This document shows, piece after piece, positions 8,374-18,569 of a stretch of DNA of 64,000 nucleotides. Origin of the DNA: Candidatus Latescibacterota bacterium (GTDB taxonomy: Bacteria; Latescibacterota; UBA2968; UBA8231); assembly GCA_965223905.1 (NCBI GenBank), contig CBDCXV010000010.1:576001-640000 (forward strand), in the 5' to 3' direction. Both the position numbers and the translations under genes were made by a program. Below the pieces are notes generated by a model. The model saw nothing but the letters and a program-made list of their open reading frames with translations. It ran no database searches and had not been told where the DNA came from. How positions within the stretch are numbered: position 1 is the first letter of the stretch; every line of letters starts with the position of its first letter.

Positions 8374-10905
8374 TCAGTCGGCCTGCCGAAGCACTTCGAG
8401 AGGCGGGGCCCGGTGGACGCCGCGGCTGCCGAGCAGCCCGGCAAGCACGGTGCAGAGCGGCACGGCGATCAGGGCGAATCCCAGGGCCTGCCAGGAGGGC
8501 GCGAAGGTCACCTCGAAGACGAAGGCCGCCAGGGCCCACCCGCCGGCCATCGCCAGCAGCAAGCCGACCAGCCCCGCGAGCCCGCCGAGGAGCAGGTACT
8601 CGATCAGCAGGATGCGCCCGACCTGGCCGCGGCTGGCTCCCAGGGTGCGCAGCAGGGCGCTCTCCCGCAGGCGCTGGAAGCGGCTGCCGGTGACCACCGC
8701 GGCGAGCACCGCGAGCCCCGTGGCGATGCTGAACAGGGCGACGAAGCGCACCACCACGGCGACCTTGGCGAGCACCTTGTCGACGGTGCTCAGAACCAGG
8801 TCGAGGTCGATGACGGATACGTTGGGAAAGTCGCCGACCGCCCGCCGCTGCAGCCCGGCGCGGGTTTCGGCGTCGCCCGAGCGGGTGACGAGAACGTGGA
8901 ACTGGGGCGCCTCCTCGAGGACCCCGGCGGGAAACAGGACGAGGAAGTTCGGCATGATGCGCTGCCACTCGACCTGCCGCAGGCTGCCCACCACCACCTC
9001 GACCGGCACCCCTTGGACGTCGAAGAGCATCCGGTCCCCGACCGCGACGTCGAGCGCTTCCGCCAGCCTGCGCTCGAGAGAGATGAAGACGGTGTCCGCG
9101 GCCGACCCGCGCCACTGCCCGGCGACGATCTCCTCGGTCCCGGTGGTGGAATCGCGGTAGGTGACGCGGTACTCGCGGCGCAGGGCCCAGCGGCCCCGGC
9201 GCGGGCCGTCCCGCAGCAGCTCCTCCACCGGTTTCCCCTTCACCTCCCGAAGCCGCGTGGCGACCACGGGGACCTCCTGCATCACCGGCATCCCCATCTC
9301 CCGCACCAGGGACGCGGCCGCCTCCTTCTGGTCGCTCTGGATGTCGAACAGCACCATGTTCGGCCGCTGGCCGCCGGCGACGCTGTTGACGTGCCCGAGG
9401 ATGGAGGTCTGCGCCGTGTAGAGCGCGGCGACGAGAAAGGTGCCGAGGCCGAGACTGGCCAGCAGCAGCAGGGTCTGGTTGTGGGGGCGGTAGAGATTGG
9501 CCAGTCCCTGGCGCAGCAGGTAGCCGCAGGAGGAGGGCAGGTAGCGCCGCAGGGCGCCGCGCAGGAGGCGCGCCGTCGCCGCCAGCAGCAGCAGCGCCGC
9601 CAGGGTTCCGCCGGCGAAGTAGAGGGCGTGGTCCGGGCGCCCGGCGAGTGCCCATGCCAGCAGGAAGGTGGCCCCGGCGGCCAGCCCCAGCAGCAGGGCG
9701 CGGGCGAGGCGGTCGCTGCGGCCCGGCTCCGCCTCGTACGAGGCGCGCAGCGCCAGCAGCGGCGACACGCGGCGCACCGCGAGCAGCGGCAGGGCGGCGA
9801 ACAGCAGGGAGATGGCCGAACCTGCGGCCACGCCCTCGCCCAGGGCCGGCAGCGACGGCGCCGCCTGCAGCTCTCCCAGCTCTTTCGGGAGGAAATCGGC
9901 GAGCAGGGCCGGCAGCCGCCAGAGCAGGGCGGTGCCGGCCGCGGCCCCGGCCAGCGAGCCGATCAGCCCCATGGCGAAGGCCTGCACGAGGTAGATGCGC
10001 AGGGCCGCCCCGGACGCGGCCCCGAGGCTGCGCAGAACGGCGACGGTCTCCAGCTTCTGCTCGACGTGGGCGTGGACGGCGCTGGCGACGCCTACCGCCC
10101 CGAGCAGCAGGGCGACGAAGCTGCCGAGGCCGAGGAAGCGGTACAGGTTGCGCAGGGTGCGCCCGAGGCGCCGCTTGTGGTCCTCCACCGTCTCGATGCG
10201 GGCGTCGAAGCGCTCGAGCCGTTCCTCGAGGGAGGCGGCGAGGGCCGCGGCGTCGGTGCCCTCGGGCAGCTCATAGTGAACGCGGTAGCGCACCCGGCTC
10301 CCCCGCTGTATCAGCCCGGTCTGCCCGATGCGGCTCAGCGGCATGAAGACGACCGGCTGCAGGTCGCTGCGGAACGCGGTTTCCCCGGGCAGGTTCAGCA
10401 GGCGTCCGGCGATCGCCAGGCTCGCGTGGCCGACGCGGATGGTATCGCCTACCGCGACGCCGTACTGCAGCATCAGGCCGTCGTCGACCAGGGCCATGCC
10501 CTTGGACTGCCAGGCCGCCGCGGCTTCAGGAGGGCCGGTTCCGAGCTCGCCGTAGAACGGGAATCCCCCCTGCAGGGCGCGCACCCGGGCGAGGCGGCTG
10601 CCACCGGAAGCCGGGAACAGGACCATCGAGTTCATCTCGACCTCCTCCGCTTTGCGGCCGCCGAGCGCGGTGAGCGAATCGACGACACCCCCCAGCTCCC
10701 CCTCGAAAGGGGCGGGGCTCTCGATCTCGACGTCGGCCCCCATCAGGGCCGCTGCCTGTTCGTCGACGTTCTCTTCCATCGTGCGCGAGAGGCCGCGCAG
10801 ACCGGTCAGGGCGGCGATCCCCACGGCGATGGAGGCGGTGTGCAGGAGCAGCCGGCCGCGGCGGCCGCGGCTGTCCCGCCAGGCCATGCGCAGGACCCAG
10901 TCCAT
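8374..10905 (-). CDS. ybbP: ABC transporter permease, duplicated MacB/FtsX type (YbbP-like)
   Basis: MAWRDSR N-terminus, FPFYGEL, two FtsX repeats (LRSLGA, LRTLGA), PNMVLFDIQ. Confidence 0.85.
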   Translation of the reverse strand: MDWVLRMAWRDSRGRRGRLLLHTASIAVGIAALTGLRGLSRTMEENVDEQAAALMGADVEIESPAPFEGELGGVVDSLTALGGRKAEEVEMNSMVLFPASGGSRLARVRALQGGFPFYGELGTGPPEAAAAWQSKGMALVDDGLMLQYGVAVGDTIRVGHASLAIAGRLLNLPGETAFRSDLQPVVFMPLSRIGQTGLIQRGSRVRYRVHYELPEGTDAAALAASLEERLERFDARIETVEDHKRRLGRTLRNLYRFLGLGSFVALLLGAVGVASAVHAHVEQKLETVAVLRSLGAASGAALRIYLVQAFAMGLIGSLAGAAAGTALLWRLPALLADFLPKELGELQAAPSLPALGEGVAAGSAISLLFAALPLLAVRRVSPLLALRASYEAEPGRSDRLARALLLGLAAGATFLLAWALAGRPDHALYFAGGTLAALLLLAATARLLRGALRRYLPSSCGYLLRQGLANLYRPHNQTLLLLASLGLGTFLVAALYTAQTSILGHVNSVAGGQRPNMVLFDIQSDQKEAAASLVREMGMPVMQEVPVVATRLREVKGKPVEELLRDGPRRGRWALRREYRVTYRDSTTGTEEIVAGQWRGSAADTVFISLERRLAEALDVAVGDRMLFDVQGVPVEVVVGSLRQVEWQRIMPNFLVLFPAGVLEEAPQFHVLVTRSGDAETRAGLQRRAVGDFPNVSVIDLDLVLSTVDKVLAKVAVVVRFVALFSIATGLAVLAAVVTGSRFQRLRESALLRTLGASRGQVGRILLIEYLLLGGLAGLVGLLLAMAGGWALAAFVFEVTFAPSWQALGFALIAVPLCTVLAGLLGSRGVHRAPPLEVLRQAD

Positions 10906-11612
10906 CAGGCCGTCACCGTCCCGCCGGGGGGCCCGGAGTCCTCGGCGATCCGGCCGCCGTGCAGGCGGATGACGCGCCCTGCCCTCCCAGCCAGCTCGAG
11001 ATCGTGGGTCACCAGCACCAGCGCGGTGCCCGCCTCCTCGTTGAGGTTGAACATCAGATCGGCGACGACCCCGCCGGTCTCGGTATCGAGGTTGCCGGTC
11101 GGCTCGTCGGCGAACAGGATCCGCGGCCGGTTGATGAAGGCGCGCGCCAGCCCCGCCCGCTGCTGCTCCCCGCCGGAGAGCTGCGCCGGGTAATGGCCGG
11201 TGCGGTGGCCGAGTCCGACGCGCTCGAGCAGCTCGCGCGCCTGGGCCTCGACTCCCTTTTCACCCCGCAGCTCGAGCGGCACCGACACGTTCTCGAGCGC
11301 CGTCAGGGTCGGCACCAGCTGAAAGGTCTGGAACACGAACCCCACCTTCTCGTTGCGCAGGCGGGCGCGCTGGTCCTCGTCGAGTTCATCGAGGGCCATG
11401 CCGTCGAGCACCACCGATCCCGAGGAGGCGCGGTCGAGGCCGGCGCACAGCCCGAGCAGGGTGGTCTTGCCGCTCCCCGAGGGCCCGACCACGGCGCAGG
11501 TGGAGCCGCGCGGCACCGAGAAGCTGACGTCGCTGAGCACGGTGAGGGGGGAGCCGCTGCCGCTCCGGTAGGTCTTGGTCAGGCCGCTGGCGGCCAGTAC
11601 TTCGTCCTTCAT
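10905..11612 (-). CDS. ybbA: ABC transporter ATP-binding protein (YbbA/LolD-like)
   Basis: GPSGSGKT, LSGGEQQR, ADEPTGNLD, VTHD. Confidence 0.9.
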   Translation of the reverse strand: MKDEVLAASGLTKTYRSGSGSPLTVLSDVSFSVPRGSTCAVVGPSGSGKTTLLGLCAGLDRASSGSVVLDGMALDELDEDQRARLRNEKVGFVFQTFQLVPTLTALENVSVPLELRGEKGVEAQARELLERVGLGHRTGHYPAQLSGGEQQRAGLARAFINRPRILFADEPTGNLDTETGGVVADLMFNLNEEAGTALVLVTHDLELAGRAGRVIRLHGGRIAEDSGPPGGTVTA

Positions 11613-12511
11613 CGCAATCCCTTCTCGCGCAGCAGCTCGAGCAGCCGTCCCGGGCGGTCGGTCAGGATGCCGGTCACCCCGAGGTCGATCAGCCGCTGCA
11701 TCTCTTCGGTTTCATTCACGGTCCAGACCTGCACCGGCAGGTTGCGCTCCCGGGCCCGGCTGGCGAAGCCGCGGTCGACGAGCCGCAACCGCCCGATCCG
11801 CTCCGGCACCGCGAACAGCGCGAACTCCGGGGTGTAGAGGTTCCCGAGCCCGAGCAGGTGCAGGGCCTTCCAGGCGATCACCTCCCCGCCCGCGGCCGAG
11901 GTGGCGACCTCCGGGCAGAGGCTGCGAAAGGCGCCGACCGTCCCGCCGTCGAAGCCGGCGACCGCCACCCGGTGCTGCATCCCGGCGCCGCGGATTTCCC
12001 CGCACAGGGCCTCGCCGGCGCGCCGCAGCCGCGGCTTGAGCTCGATCATCATGCGCTGCCCGGGAAAGGCGCGCAGCACCTCCGCCAGCCCCGGGATCCG
12101 GTACCCCTTGCCGCGAAACGGGTAGCTCCTGCCGTCGCGGGTCCAGCCGAAGCCGGCGTCGAGGGCCTGCAGCTGCGCCGCGGTCAGCGAGTCGACGCGC
12201 CCGGCCCCCCCGGTGGTGCGGCGGACCGTGCGGTCGTGGTGCACGACGAGCACCCCGTCGGCGCTGAGGCGCACGTCCATTTCAAGGACATCCGCCCCGG
12301 CGGCCACCGCCTCCCGGAACAGCGGCAGGGTGTTCTCCGGACCCATCCCCCTTCCGCCGCGATGGGCGATGACGAGAAACCCGGTGCCCGCGAAGTACGG
12401 ATGCCCGGGAGCCGGCTGCGGCCCGCGGACCCGGGCGGCCAGCAGCGCCAGCAGGTAGAGGCCGATCAGGATGGAAGCGCCGTAGAGAACCGCGCGCCTG
12501 GCGATGGCCAC
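11609..12511 (-). CDS. Glycerophosphodiester phosphodiesterase with N-terminal membrane anchor
   Basis: AHRGG, PENT, EMDV, VHHD, VWTVN, GILTDRP; ATGA overlap with the ABC ATPase; GTG start chosen. Confidence 0.9.
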   Translation of the reverse strand: MAIARRAVLYGASILIGLYLLALLAARVRGPQPAPGHPYFAGTGFLVIAHRGGRGMGPENTLPLFREAVAAGADVLEMDVRLSADGVLVVHHDRTVRRTTGGAGRVDSLTAAQLQALDAGFGWTRDGRSYPFRGKGYRIPGLAEVLRAFPGQRMMIELKPRLRRAGEALCGEIRGAGMQHRVAVAGFDGGTVGAFRSLCPEVATSAAGGEVIAWKALHLLGLGNLYTPEFALFAVPERIGRLRLVDRGFASRARERNLPVQVWTVNETEEMQRLIDLGVTGILTDRPGRLLELLREKGLR

Positions 12512-12624
12512 TTTCCTTTCCCGCGCATGTCGCCGAGTTTCCACGGCGTTTTTCGGTTGGCCGGCAAGCATACTCCCCGCTCGCCTGCGTTTCAAACCCC
12601 CGTCCCCCCGGCGGACCGCCCGCG

Positions 12625-14544
12625 GTGAAACGATTTCCCCTCAAAGCCCTGTTCATCGGCACCCTGATGTGCCTGGTGATCAACGTCGTCATGTCGTACG
12701 GCGTCCTCGCCATGGGCACCTTCAACTGGACCGGCGACTTCATCTCGGGCGGGGCGATCCTGCTGCTCTTTCTCCTGATCCTGGTCTACAACACGCCGCT
12801 GGTGCTGGTGCGGCGCCAGTGGGCCCTGTCGTCGCAGGAACTCGTCCTCGTCTACACGATGATGATCGTCGCCACCGCCATTCCCACGGTCGGCCTGACC
12901 GCGCAGCTGATCCCCTTTCTCGCCGAGGTCTTCTACTACGCGACGCCGGAGAACGCCTGGTCGGAGCTCATTCACCCGCACCTGAAATCCTGGCTGGTAC
13001 CGCAGGACGACCTCGCCGTCTTCTACTTCTTCGAGGGGCTGCCCGAAGGCCAGCCGATTCCCTGGGACGCCTGGTTCCTCCCCCTGGCCTCCTGGGGCTC
13101 CTTCGTCCTGGCCCTCTACCTGATGATGATCTCGATGGTTGCGCTCATGCACCGGCAGTGGGCGCACCACGAGCGCCTCATCTACCCGCTCGTGCAGCTG
13201 CCGGCCGACATGGTGCAGGAGGAGGCGAAAGGGATCAACCCGTTCCTGAAGAACTGGGTCATGTGGCTGGGTTTCCTCATTCCCATGGTGCTGTTGGGCG
13301 TCAACTCTCTGAGCCGCTACACTCCCGGTCTGTCCGGCATCAGCCTGTCGACGACCGTGCAGGTCCTTCCCGAAGTCGGCCACCTGCTTTTCAGCATCTG
13401 GTTCATCGTCATCGGCCTCACCTACTTCCTCAGCCTGGAGATCTCCTTCAGCCTGTGGTTCTTCTACCTGTTCTACTACGTCGAACTCGCCCTGTTCGGG
13501 CGCCTCGGCTACTCGGTGCCGGAGCTGCGCCTGATGCACACGGAGGGCTCCATCGCCACCGCCCAGCAGGCAATGGGCGCAATGATCGCCCTCGTCGCCG
13601 TGGCCGTGTGGACGGCGAGGGGGCATCTGAAAACCGCGTTTCGCGCCGCCTTCTCGCGGCGGGACGAAGTGGAAGGAAACGGGCTGCTCAGGCACCGCAC
13701 CGCGGTCTGGATTCTGCTGGCCGCGACGGCGTACGCGGTCCTGTTCCTCAACCAGGCGGGGCTGCCCCTGGTCGTCGCCGCCTTCCTGATGGGGATCTCG
13801 TTCGTCGTCTTCTTCGGGCTGACCAAGATCGTCGCGGAAGGGGGGATGGGGTACGGCCGCGCCCAGATGACGCCGACGGCGTTCACCACCATGGCGTTCG
13901 GCAGCGGGCCGATCGGCGCCCAGGGGCTGACTGTGCTGGGGTTGTGCAACGGCTGGGCGGGGGACATCAAGATCAGCCTGATGGCCGCGGTCGCCAACGG
14001 CGCCCGGCTCGCCGAGCTCGCCGGGGTTCGCGGCCCGGTCCTGTTCTGGTCGATCATGCTCGCCATCGCCGTGAGCCTTGCGAGCTCGGCCTGGACCATC
14101 ATCGCCATCGCCTACGAGTACGGCGGCATCAACCTGCACTACTGGTTCTACCACATCATGGGGGACTGGTCGTTCCGCAACGTCGCCACCGCGATCTCCA
14201 CGCCGGTCGACGACTGGAATTTCTTCGGCCCGCGCGGCGCTTTCACTGCGGCCGGCGCCGCGGCCATGCTCGCCCTGACCTGGCTCCGGCACCGCTTCCT
14301 GTGGTGGCCCTTGCACCCGATCGGGTTTCCGGTGGGCGGCACCTACATGATGTTCTTCGCCTGGTCGAGCATGTTCATCGCCTGGCTGCTCAAGCTCGTC
14401 ATCCTGCGCTACGGCGGCTCCGCCCTCTACCACAGGCTGAGGCCGCTGTTCCTCGGCATGGTCCTCGGGCAGGTGACCAGCCACGGGGCGTGGATGGTCG
14501 TCGACTACTTCACCGGCATGATCGGGAACGTCACCCGCTGGTGA
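12625..14544 (+). CDS. DUF6785/DUF6784 polytopic membrane protein (putative transporter)
   Basis: Many TM segments; motifs FYYATPEN, RQW..HERLIYPLVQLP, WWPLHPIGF, RPLFLGMVLG. Confidence 0.75.
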   Translation: MKRFPLKALFIGTLMCLVINVVMSYGVLAMGTFNWTGDFISGGAILLLFLLILVYNTPLVLVRRQWALSSQELVLVYTMMIVATAIPTVGLTAQLIPFLAEVFYYATPENAWSELIHPHLKSWLVPQDDLAVFYFFEGLPEGQPIPWDAWFLPLASWGSFVLALYLMMISMVALMHRQWAHHERLIYPLVQLPADMVQEEAKGINPFLKNWVMWLGFLIPMVLLGVNSLSRYTPGLSGISLSTTVQVLPEVGHLLFSIWFIVIGLTYFLSLEISFSLWFFYLFYYVELALFGRLGYSVPELRLMHTEGSIATAQQAMGAMIALVAVAVWTARGHLKTAFRAAFSRRDEVEGNGLLRHRTAVWILLAATAYAVLFLNQAGLPLVVAAFLMGISFVVFFGLTKIVAEGGMGYGRAQMTPTAFTTMAFGSGPIGAQGLTVLGLCNGWAGDIKISLMAAVANGARLAELAGVRGPVLFWSIMLAIAVSLASSAWTIIAIAYEYGGINLHYWFYHIMGDWSFRNVATAISTPVDDWNFFGPRGAFTAAGAAAMLALTWLRHRFLWWPLHPIGFPVGGTYMMFFAWSSMFIAWLLKLVILRYGGSALYHRLRPLFLGMVLGQVTSHGAWMVVDYFTGMIGNVTRW

Positions 14545-14806
14545 ACCGGGTGACGGACGCGGCCCCCCGAAACCGGCTGGCCGCGGCAACTCGGGAGCGG
14601 CCCCGGCGAGGCAGATCGGCCGCAGCTCCTGGCTGCGGCAGGGATTTGAGCTGAATGAGCTTTCAACTGCGGTCCTCGAAACTCCCCCGAACAGACCAGG
14701 GAGTTGCCAGGGGGAAGCGGCCCTGCGCCGGGCGGACCGAAGGCCCTTCCCTACGGGCATGATATCGAGGGGATGATCCCCTTTCCGGCGCAACGACGGA
14801 ATCCAC

Positions 14807-17410
14807 GTGGACGCAGAAAACAACCGCACCGGCTCCTCACCTGTATGGGCACTGCCGGCCCTCTTCCTGCTCTCGGGGGCGTGCGGACTGGTTTACCAGG
14901 TCCTGTGGGCCCGCATGCTGATCGTAGTTTTCGGCGCCACCCTCCCGGCGGTGAGCACAGTGCTGAGCGCCTTCATGGCCGGCCTGGCCCTGGGCAGCTT
15001 CTGCTCCGGACGCTGGATCGACGGCGCGCGGAGGCCCCTGCTCGTGTTCGCCTGCCTCGAGGCCGGGGTCGGCCTCTTCGCCTTCCTGTTCCCCCACCTG
15101 CTGGCGGCGACCGGATGGCTGGCCGAGGCCGAGTGGACGGAGCACAACCCGTCGGCCTTCGCCGCGGCCCGCTTCGCCCTCGCCTTCGGGCTGCTGCTGA
15201 TCCCGACCGCGGCTATGGGGGCGACGCTGCCGGTGATCTCGAAGTCCGCGGTGCGGCGCATCCGGCAGCTCGGCAGCGGCGTCGGCCTGCTGTACGCCGC
15301 CAACACCCTCGGGGCCGTCGCCGGAGTCGCCGGCGTAACCTTCTACCTGATGGAGGAGCTGGGCCTGCGCGGCAGCGGCTATGCCGTCGGCGTCGTCAAC
15401 CTGCTCGTGGCATCGCTGGCCTGCTGGATCGGCCGCGGCGCCTGGAGCCCGCGGGAAGAGGAGGCCCCTGACAGCGAGGAACAGGCCCTCGAACCGGCGC
15501 CGCGCACCCGGCCGGCAGAGCCTGCGGCCATCCCCCTGTCCCCCCTGGCGCTGAAGGCGGTTCTCCTCGGCTTCGCCCTCCAGGGGTTCGCCGCCCTCGC
15601 CTACGAGGTCGCCTGGGTGCGCCTGTTCACCGTCGCCTTCTCCGTCAACTCGCACTACGAGTTCAGCATCGTGCTGATGGCGTTCCTGCTCGGCCTCAGC
15701 CTCGGCAGCTTCCTCTGCGGCCTCCTTCTCGACAGGCGCCGCGACCTGCTGTCGATGTTCGGGGGCTTCCAGGTCGCCGTCGGCCTCATGGGGATCGCCT
15801 CGGTCGCCCTCTTCGCCGCGGCCTCCGACTGGGTCGGTGCGATCAAGGGGGCGGGCTCCTGGTGGAGCTACCGCGGCGGCATCTTCGCCATGGCCTTCGG
15901 CATCATGCTGGTGCCGACCCTGCTGATGGGCGCCTCCTTTCCAGTGGTGAGCCGCATCTGCACCAGAAGCCTCCGGCAGGTCGGCCGCGGCGTCGGAGAC
16001 GTCAACGCCGCAAACAGCCTGGGGGCTTTCGCCGGCTCCCTCGCCGCCGGCCTCCTGCTGATCCCGCTCTTCGGCACCGAGGGCACCTTCCGCCTGCTCG
16101 GCGGTCTCAACCTCCTGGTCGGCGCCGCGGTCCTCGCGATCAATCCCCTGCTGCGGCCCGGGCGCAAGCTGGGAACCCTCGCCCTGGCCGGGGCCGCGGC
16201 GGCCGCGGTGATCCTCGCCTCTCCCGGGGAGGTGATGCGGGAGCTGTCCCGTCCCGCGCATTCCGGGTTCCGCCTGCTCTTCTACGAGGAAGGAGCCGAG
16301 GGAATCATCACGGTTACCGGCAAGCGGGACGGCTATCGCAAGATGCTTCTCAACGGCGGCGGACAGGTTCCCACCGATTACGGTTCCTTCCAGCTTTTCC
16401 GCCTGCTCGGACACCTGCCGCTGCTGCTGCATCCCGCGCCTCGGGACGTCCTCGTCGTTGCCCTGGGCGGCGGCATCGCCCTCGGGGCGGCGGCGCAGCA
16501 CGACGTCGACCGCATCCAGTGCGTCGAGCTCGTTCCGGAAGTGGTCGAGGCGGCGCGGCAGGAGTTCGGCCCCTACAACCACCGGATCCTCGAGCGCATG
16601 GAGGACTTTCCCATCGAGCTGATCATCGACGACGGCCGCAACTTCCTGCTGCGGACCGGGCGGCGCTACGACGTCATCACCGGGGACGCCACTCATCCCA
16701 CCAGTACCGACAGCTGGCTGCTGTACACGCAGGAGTTCTACGAGCTGTGCCGGTCGCGCCTGAAGCCGGGAGGCATCGTCGTGCAGTGGCTGCCGTTCCA
16801 CGGACTGCCCGTCGGGGACTTCAAGACCGTCCTGCGGACCTTTCAGTCGGTCTTTCCCCGTGCCAGCCTGTGGCGCACCAACAACTACGCGATCATGGTG
16901 GGGACCCTCGATCCCCTGTCGATCTCCTACAGCCGGCTCCTCGAGAAATACTCCTCGCCGCCAGTGCGGGAAAGCCTCGAGGAAGTCGACCTCGACCGCC
17001 CCTTCGCCGTCCTCGGCTGTTTCTTCTTCGGCTCCGACGCGTATCGCCGCTATACCGGGGAAGGCCCCCTCAACACCGACGATCATCCCCACCTGAGCTT
17101 CGTCGGCCCGCGCGGATTCAAGGCGAAAACCTGGAAGGTGCTGATGGATCTCACCCGCGAGATCGCGCGCCGTCCCGTCGACCTCGTCCCCTGGCTCGAC
17201 CGGGCGGACCCGGGCTGGACCCCGGCCCGCGGCGACACCCTCGCTACCTGGTTCAGGGCCAGGGAGTCGGTCATCCAGGGGGACGTGCTGCGTTACCGCA
17301 GGCGGCGGCGGGAGGCGCTCGCCGCCTATGTGCATGCGCTGCGCATCAACCCGGTAGAGTGGACGGCCGCCTATTACGGCAACCTGCTGCACGACCTGTT
17401 GAACCGCTGA
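14807..17410 (+). CDS. Fused MFS-like membrane domain / spermidine synthase-like methyltransferase
   Basis: Duplicated membrane unit (LSGACGLVYQVLW / LQGFAALAYEVAW; LYAANTLG / VNAANSLG), then LVVALGGG, VELVPEV, DDGRNFL, YDVITGD, EFY. Confidence 0.85.
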   Translation: MDAENNRTGSSPVWALPALFLLSGACGLVYQVLWARMLIVVFGATLPAVSTVLSAFMAGLALGSFCSGRWIDGARRPLLVFACLEAGVGLFAFLFPHLLAATGWLAEAEWTEHNPSAFAAARFALAFGLLLIPTAAMGATLPVISKSAVRRIRQLGSGVGLLYAANTLGAVAGVAGVTFYLMEELGLRGSGYAVGVVNLLVASLACWIGRGAWSPREEEAPDSEEQALEPAPRTRPAEPAAIPLSPLALKAVLLGFALQGFAALAYEVAWVRLFTVAFSVNSHYEFSIVLMAFLLGLSLGSFLCGLLLDRRRDLLSMFGGFQVAVGLMGIASVALFAAASDWVGAIKGAGSWWSYRGGIFAMAFGIMLVPTLLMGASFPVVSRICTRSLRQVGRGVGDVNAANSLGAFAGSLAAGLLLIPLFGTEGTFRLLGGLNLLVGAAVLAINPLLRPGRKLGTLALAGAAAAAVILASPGEVMRELSRPAHSGFRLLFYEEGAEGIITVTGKRDGYRKMLLNGGGQVPTDYGSFQLFRLLGHLPLLLHPAPRDVLVVALGGGIALGAAAQHDVDRIQCVELVPEVVEAARQEFGPYNHRILERMEDFPIELIIDDGRNFLLRTGRRYDVITGDATHPTSTDSWLLYTQEFYELCRSRLKPGGIVVQWLPFHGLPVGDFKTVLRTFQSVFPRASLWRTNNYAIMVGTLDPLSISYSRLLEKYSSPPVRESLEEVDLDRPFAVLGCFFFGSDAYRRYTGEGPLNTDDHPHLSFVGPRGFKAKTWKVLMDLTREIARRPVDLVPWLDRADPGWTPARGDTLATWFRARESVIQGDVLRYRRRRREALAAYVHALRINPVEWTAAYYGNLLHDLLNR

Positions 17411-17422
17411 GCGAACCGGGTA

Positions 17423-17597
17423 AGGCTGCTGGAATCTGGCAGGCTGTCAGGGCAGCGGCCCGAAGGGGTGCCTCGAGATCCGGGACCTGCCCATATTGCG
17501 GTGACCCTCCGGGAAACAGGTCATCCCTCGGATACAGGCGCCTCGCGGGAAATCCGGGACCGGCCCCCCGTTGCGGCGACCTGCTTTTCAACAGTCC
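17423..17597. repeat. Possible degenerate MITE-like element between convergent genes
   Basis: Imperfect terminal inverted repeats AGGCTGCTGGAA..GCAGG / CCTGCTTTTCAACAGTCC, resembling RGGCTGTTGAAAA-type IS ends. Confidence 0.3.
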
Positions 17598-17671
17598 AAC
17601 GGTGATACAGCCGGCGCTGCCGAAGATCCTAGACCAGCCGCCCCTTTCCCGGGGTCTGGCGAATCGTGCCG

Positions 17672-18460
17672 CTACTCGAAGAAGACCTCGGAGTCGTGGA
17701 CCGGTGCGTACCCGACCTCGCGCCGAGGCGTTTCGATATCGAAGATGCTGTGCCTGTTGTCGGAGATGACGAAGTAGTGGGCGCCGCTGCGCAGCCTGCC
17801 GTCCCGGTGAGTCTTGTAGCAGCCGTCGACCATGCGCGCCGCATCCTCCTGGTGGCACCAGACCGTGAAGTACCCGATCTCCCCGACGTTCCGGTTGTAT
17901 ACGTTGACGCCACCCCACCTGGTCGCGACCGCCGCCAACCCTTCGGCGGCGAAGCGCTCGGCCCAGCGCTCGACGTACGCCTTCTCCTCCCCGTAGTCGC
18001 CGGCGGGGCAGGCTTCCATCAGCGCCGGGATCGGCTCCGGCGGCGACTCGAGTTCATCGAAGCGGCGCGCCGCGAGCGTCGCGTACGGCTCCCTGTCGAA
18101 CGGCCAGTACGCCCCGTCCACCGCATGCACCGAGCTCGAGCCGATGAGCAGGGCCTGCGGACAGACGTCGCGCACGGACTCGAAGACCAGATCCGTCATG
18201 GAGTTCATCGCCTGCAGCGGACTGGTGCGGGCGAGGTAGACGACGAGATCGCGCCCCTCCAGCAGGCGGCGCAGACCATCTGGATCGGCGCAGACGTCCA
18301 TTTCGACGAAGTTGCTCTGCGCCGACGCTTCCAGCGCCTTGTCCGGCGCACCCGGCAGGTCGACGGAGGTGGTTTCATAGTCCGGGTCGAGCCGCGGCAG
18401 CCAAATTCGCAGCCCCGACCCGATCTGGCCCTTACCCCCGATGAGCAGGGTATCGATCAT
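17672..18460 (-). CDS. NAD(P)-dependent epimerase/dehydrogenase (extended SDR, uronate dehydrogenase-like)
   Basis: GGKGQIG, SSSVHA, YGEEK (YxxxK), C-terminal ISDN...GYAP. Confidence 0.75.
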   Translation of the reverse strand: MIDTLLIGGKGQIGSGLRIWLPRLDPDYETTSVDLPGAPDKALEASAQSNFVEMDVCADPDGLRRLLEGRDLVVYLARTSPLQAMNSMTDLVFESVRDVCPQALLIGSSSVHAVDGAYWPFDREPYATLAARRFDELESPPEPIPALMEACPAGDYGEEKAYVERWAERFAAEGLAAVATRWGGVNVYNRNVGEIGYFTVWCHQEDAARMVDGCYKTHRDGRLRSGAHYFVISDNRHSIFDIETPRREVGYAPVHDSEVFFE

Positions 18461-18569
18461 TTCTCTTCACCTTTCATGTGCCGATGTTTTACTACCTGAA
18501 GTTTTCAGCATCCGTCTGTATCTTGCCACCCCGACACGTTGCAGGCAACCTCGAAAGGAATGATCAGGG

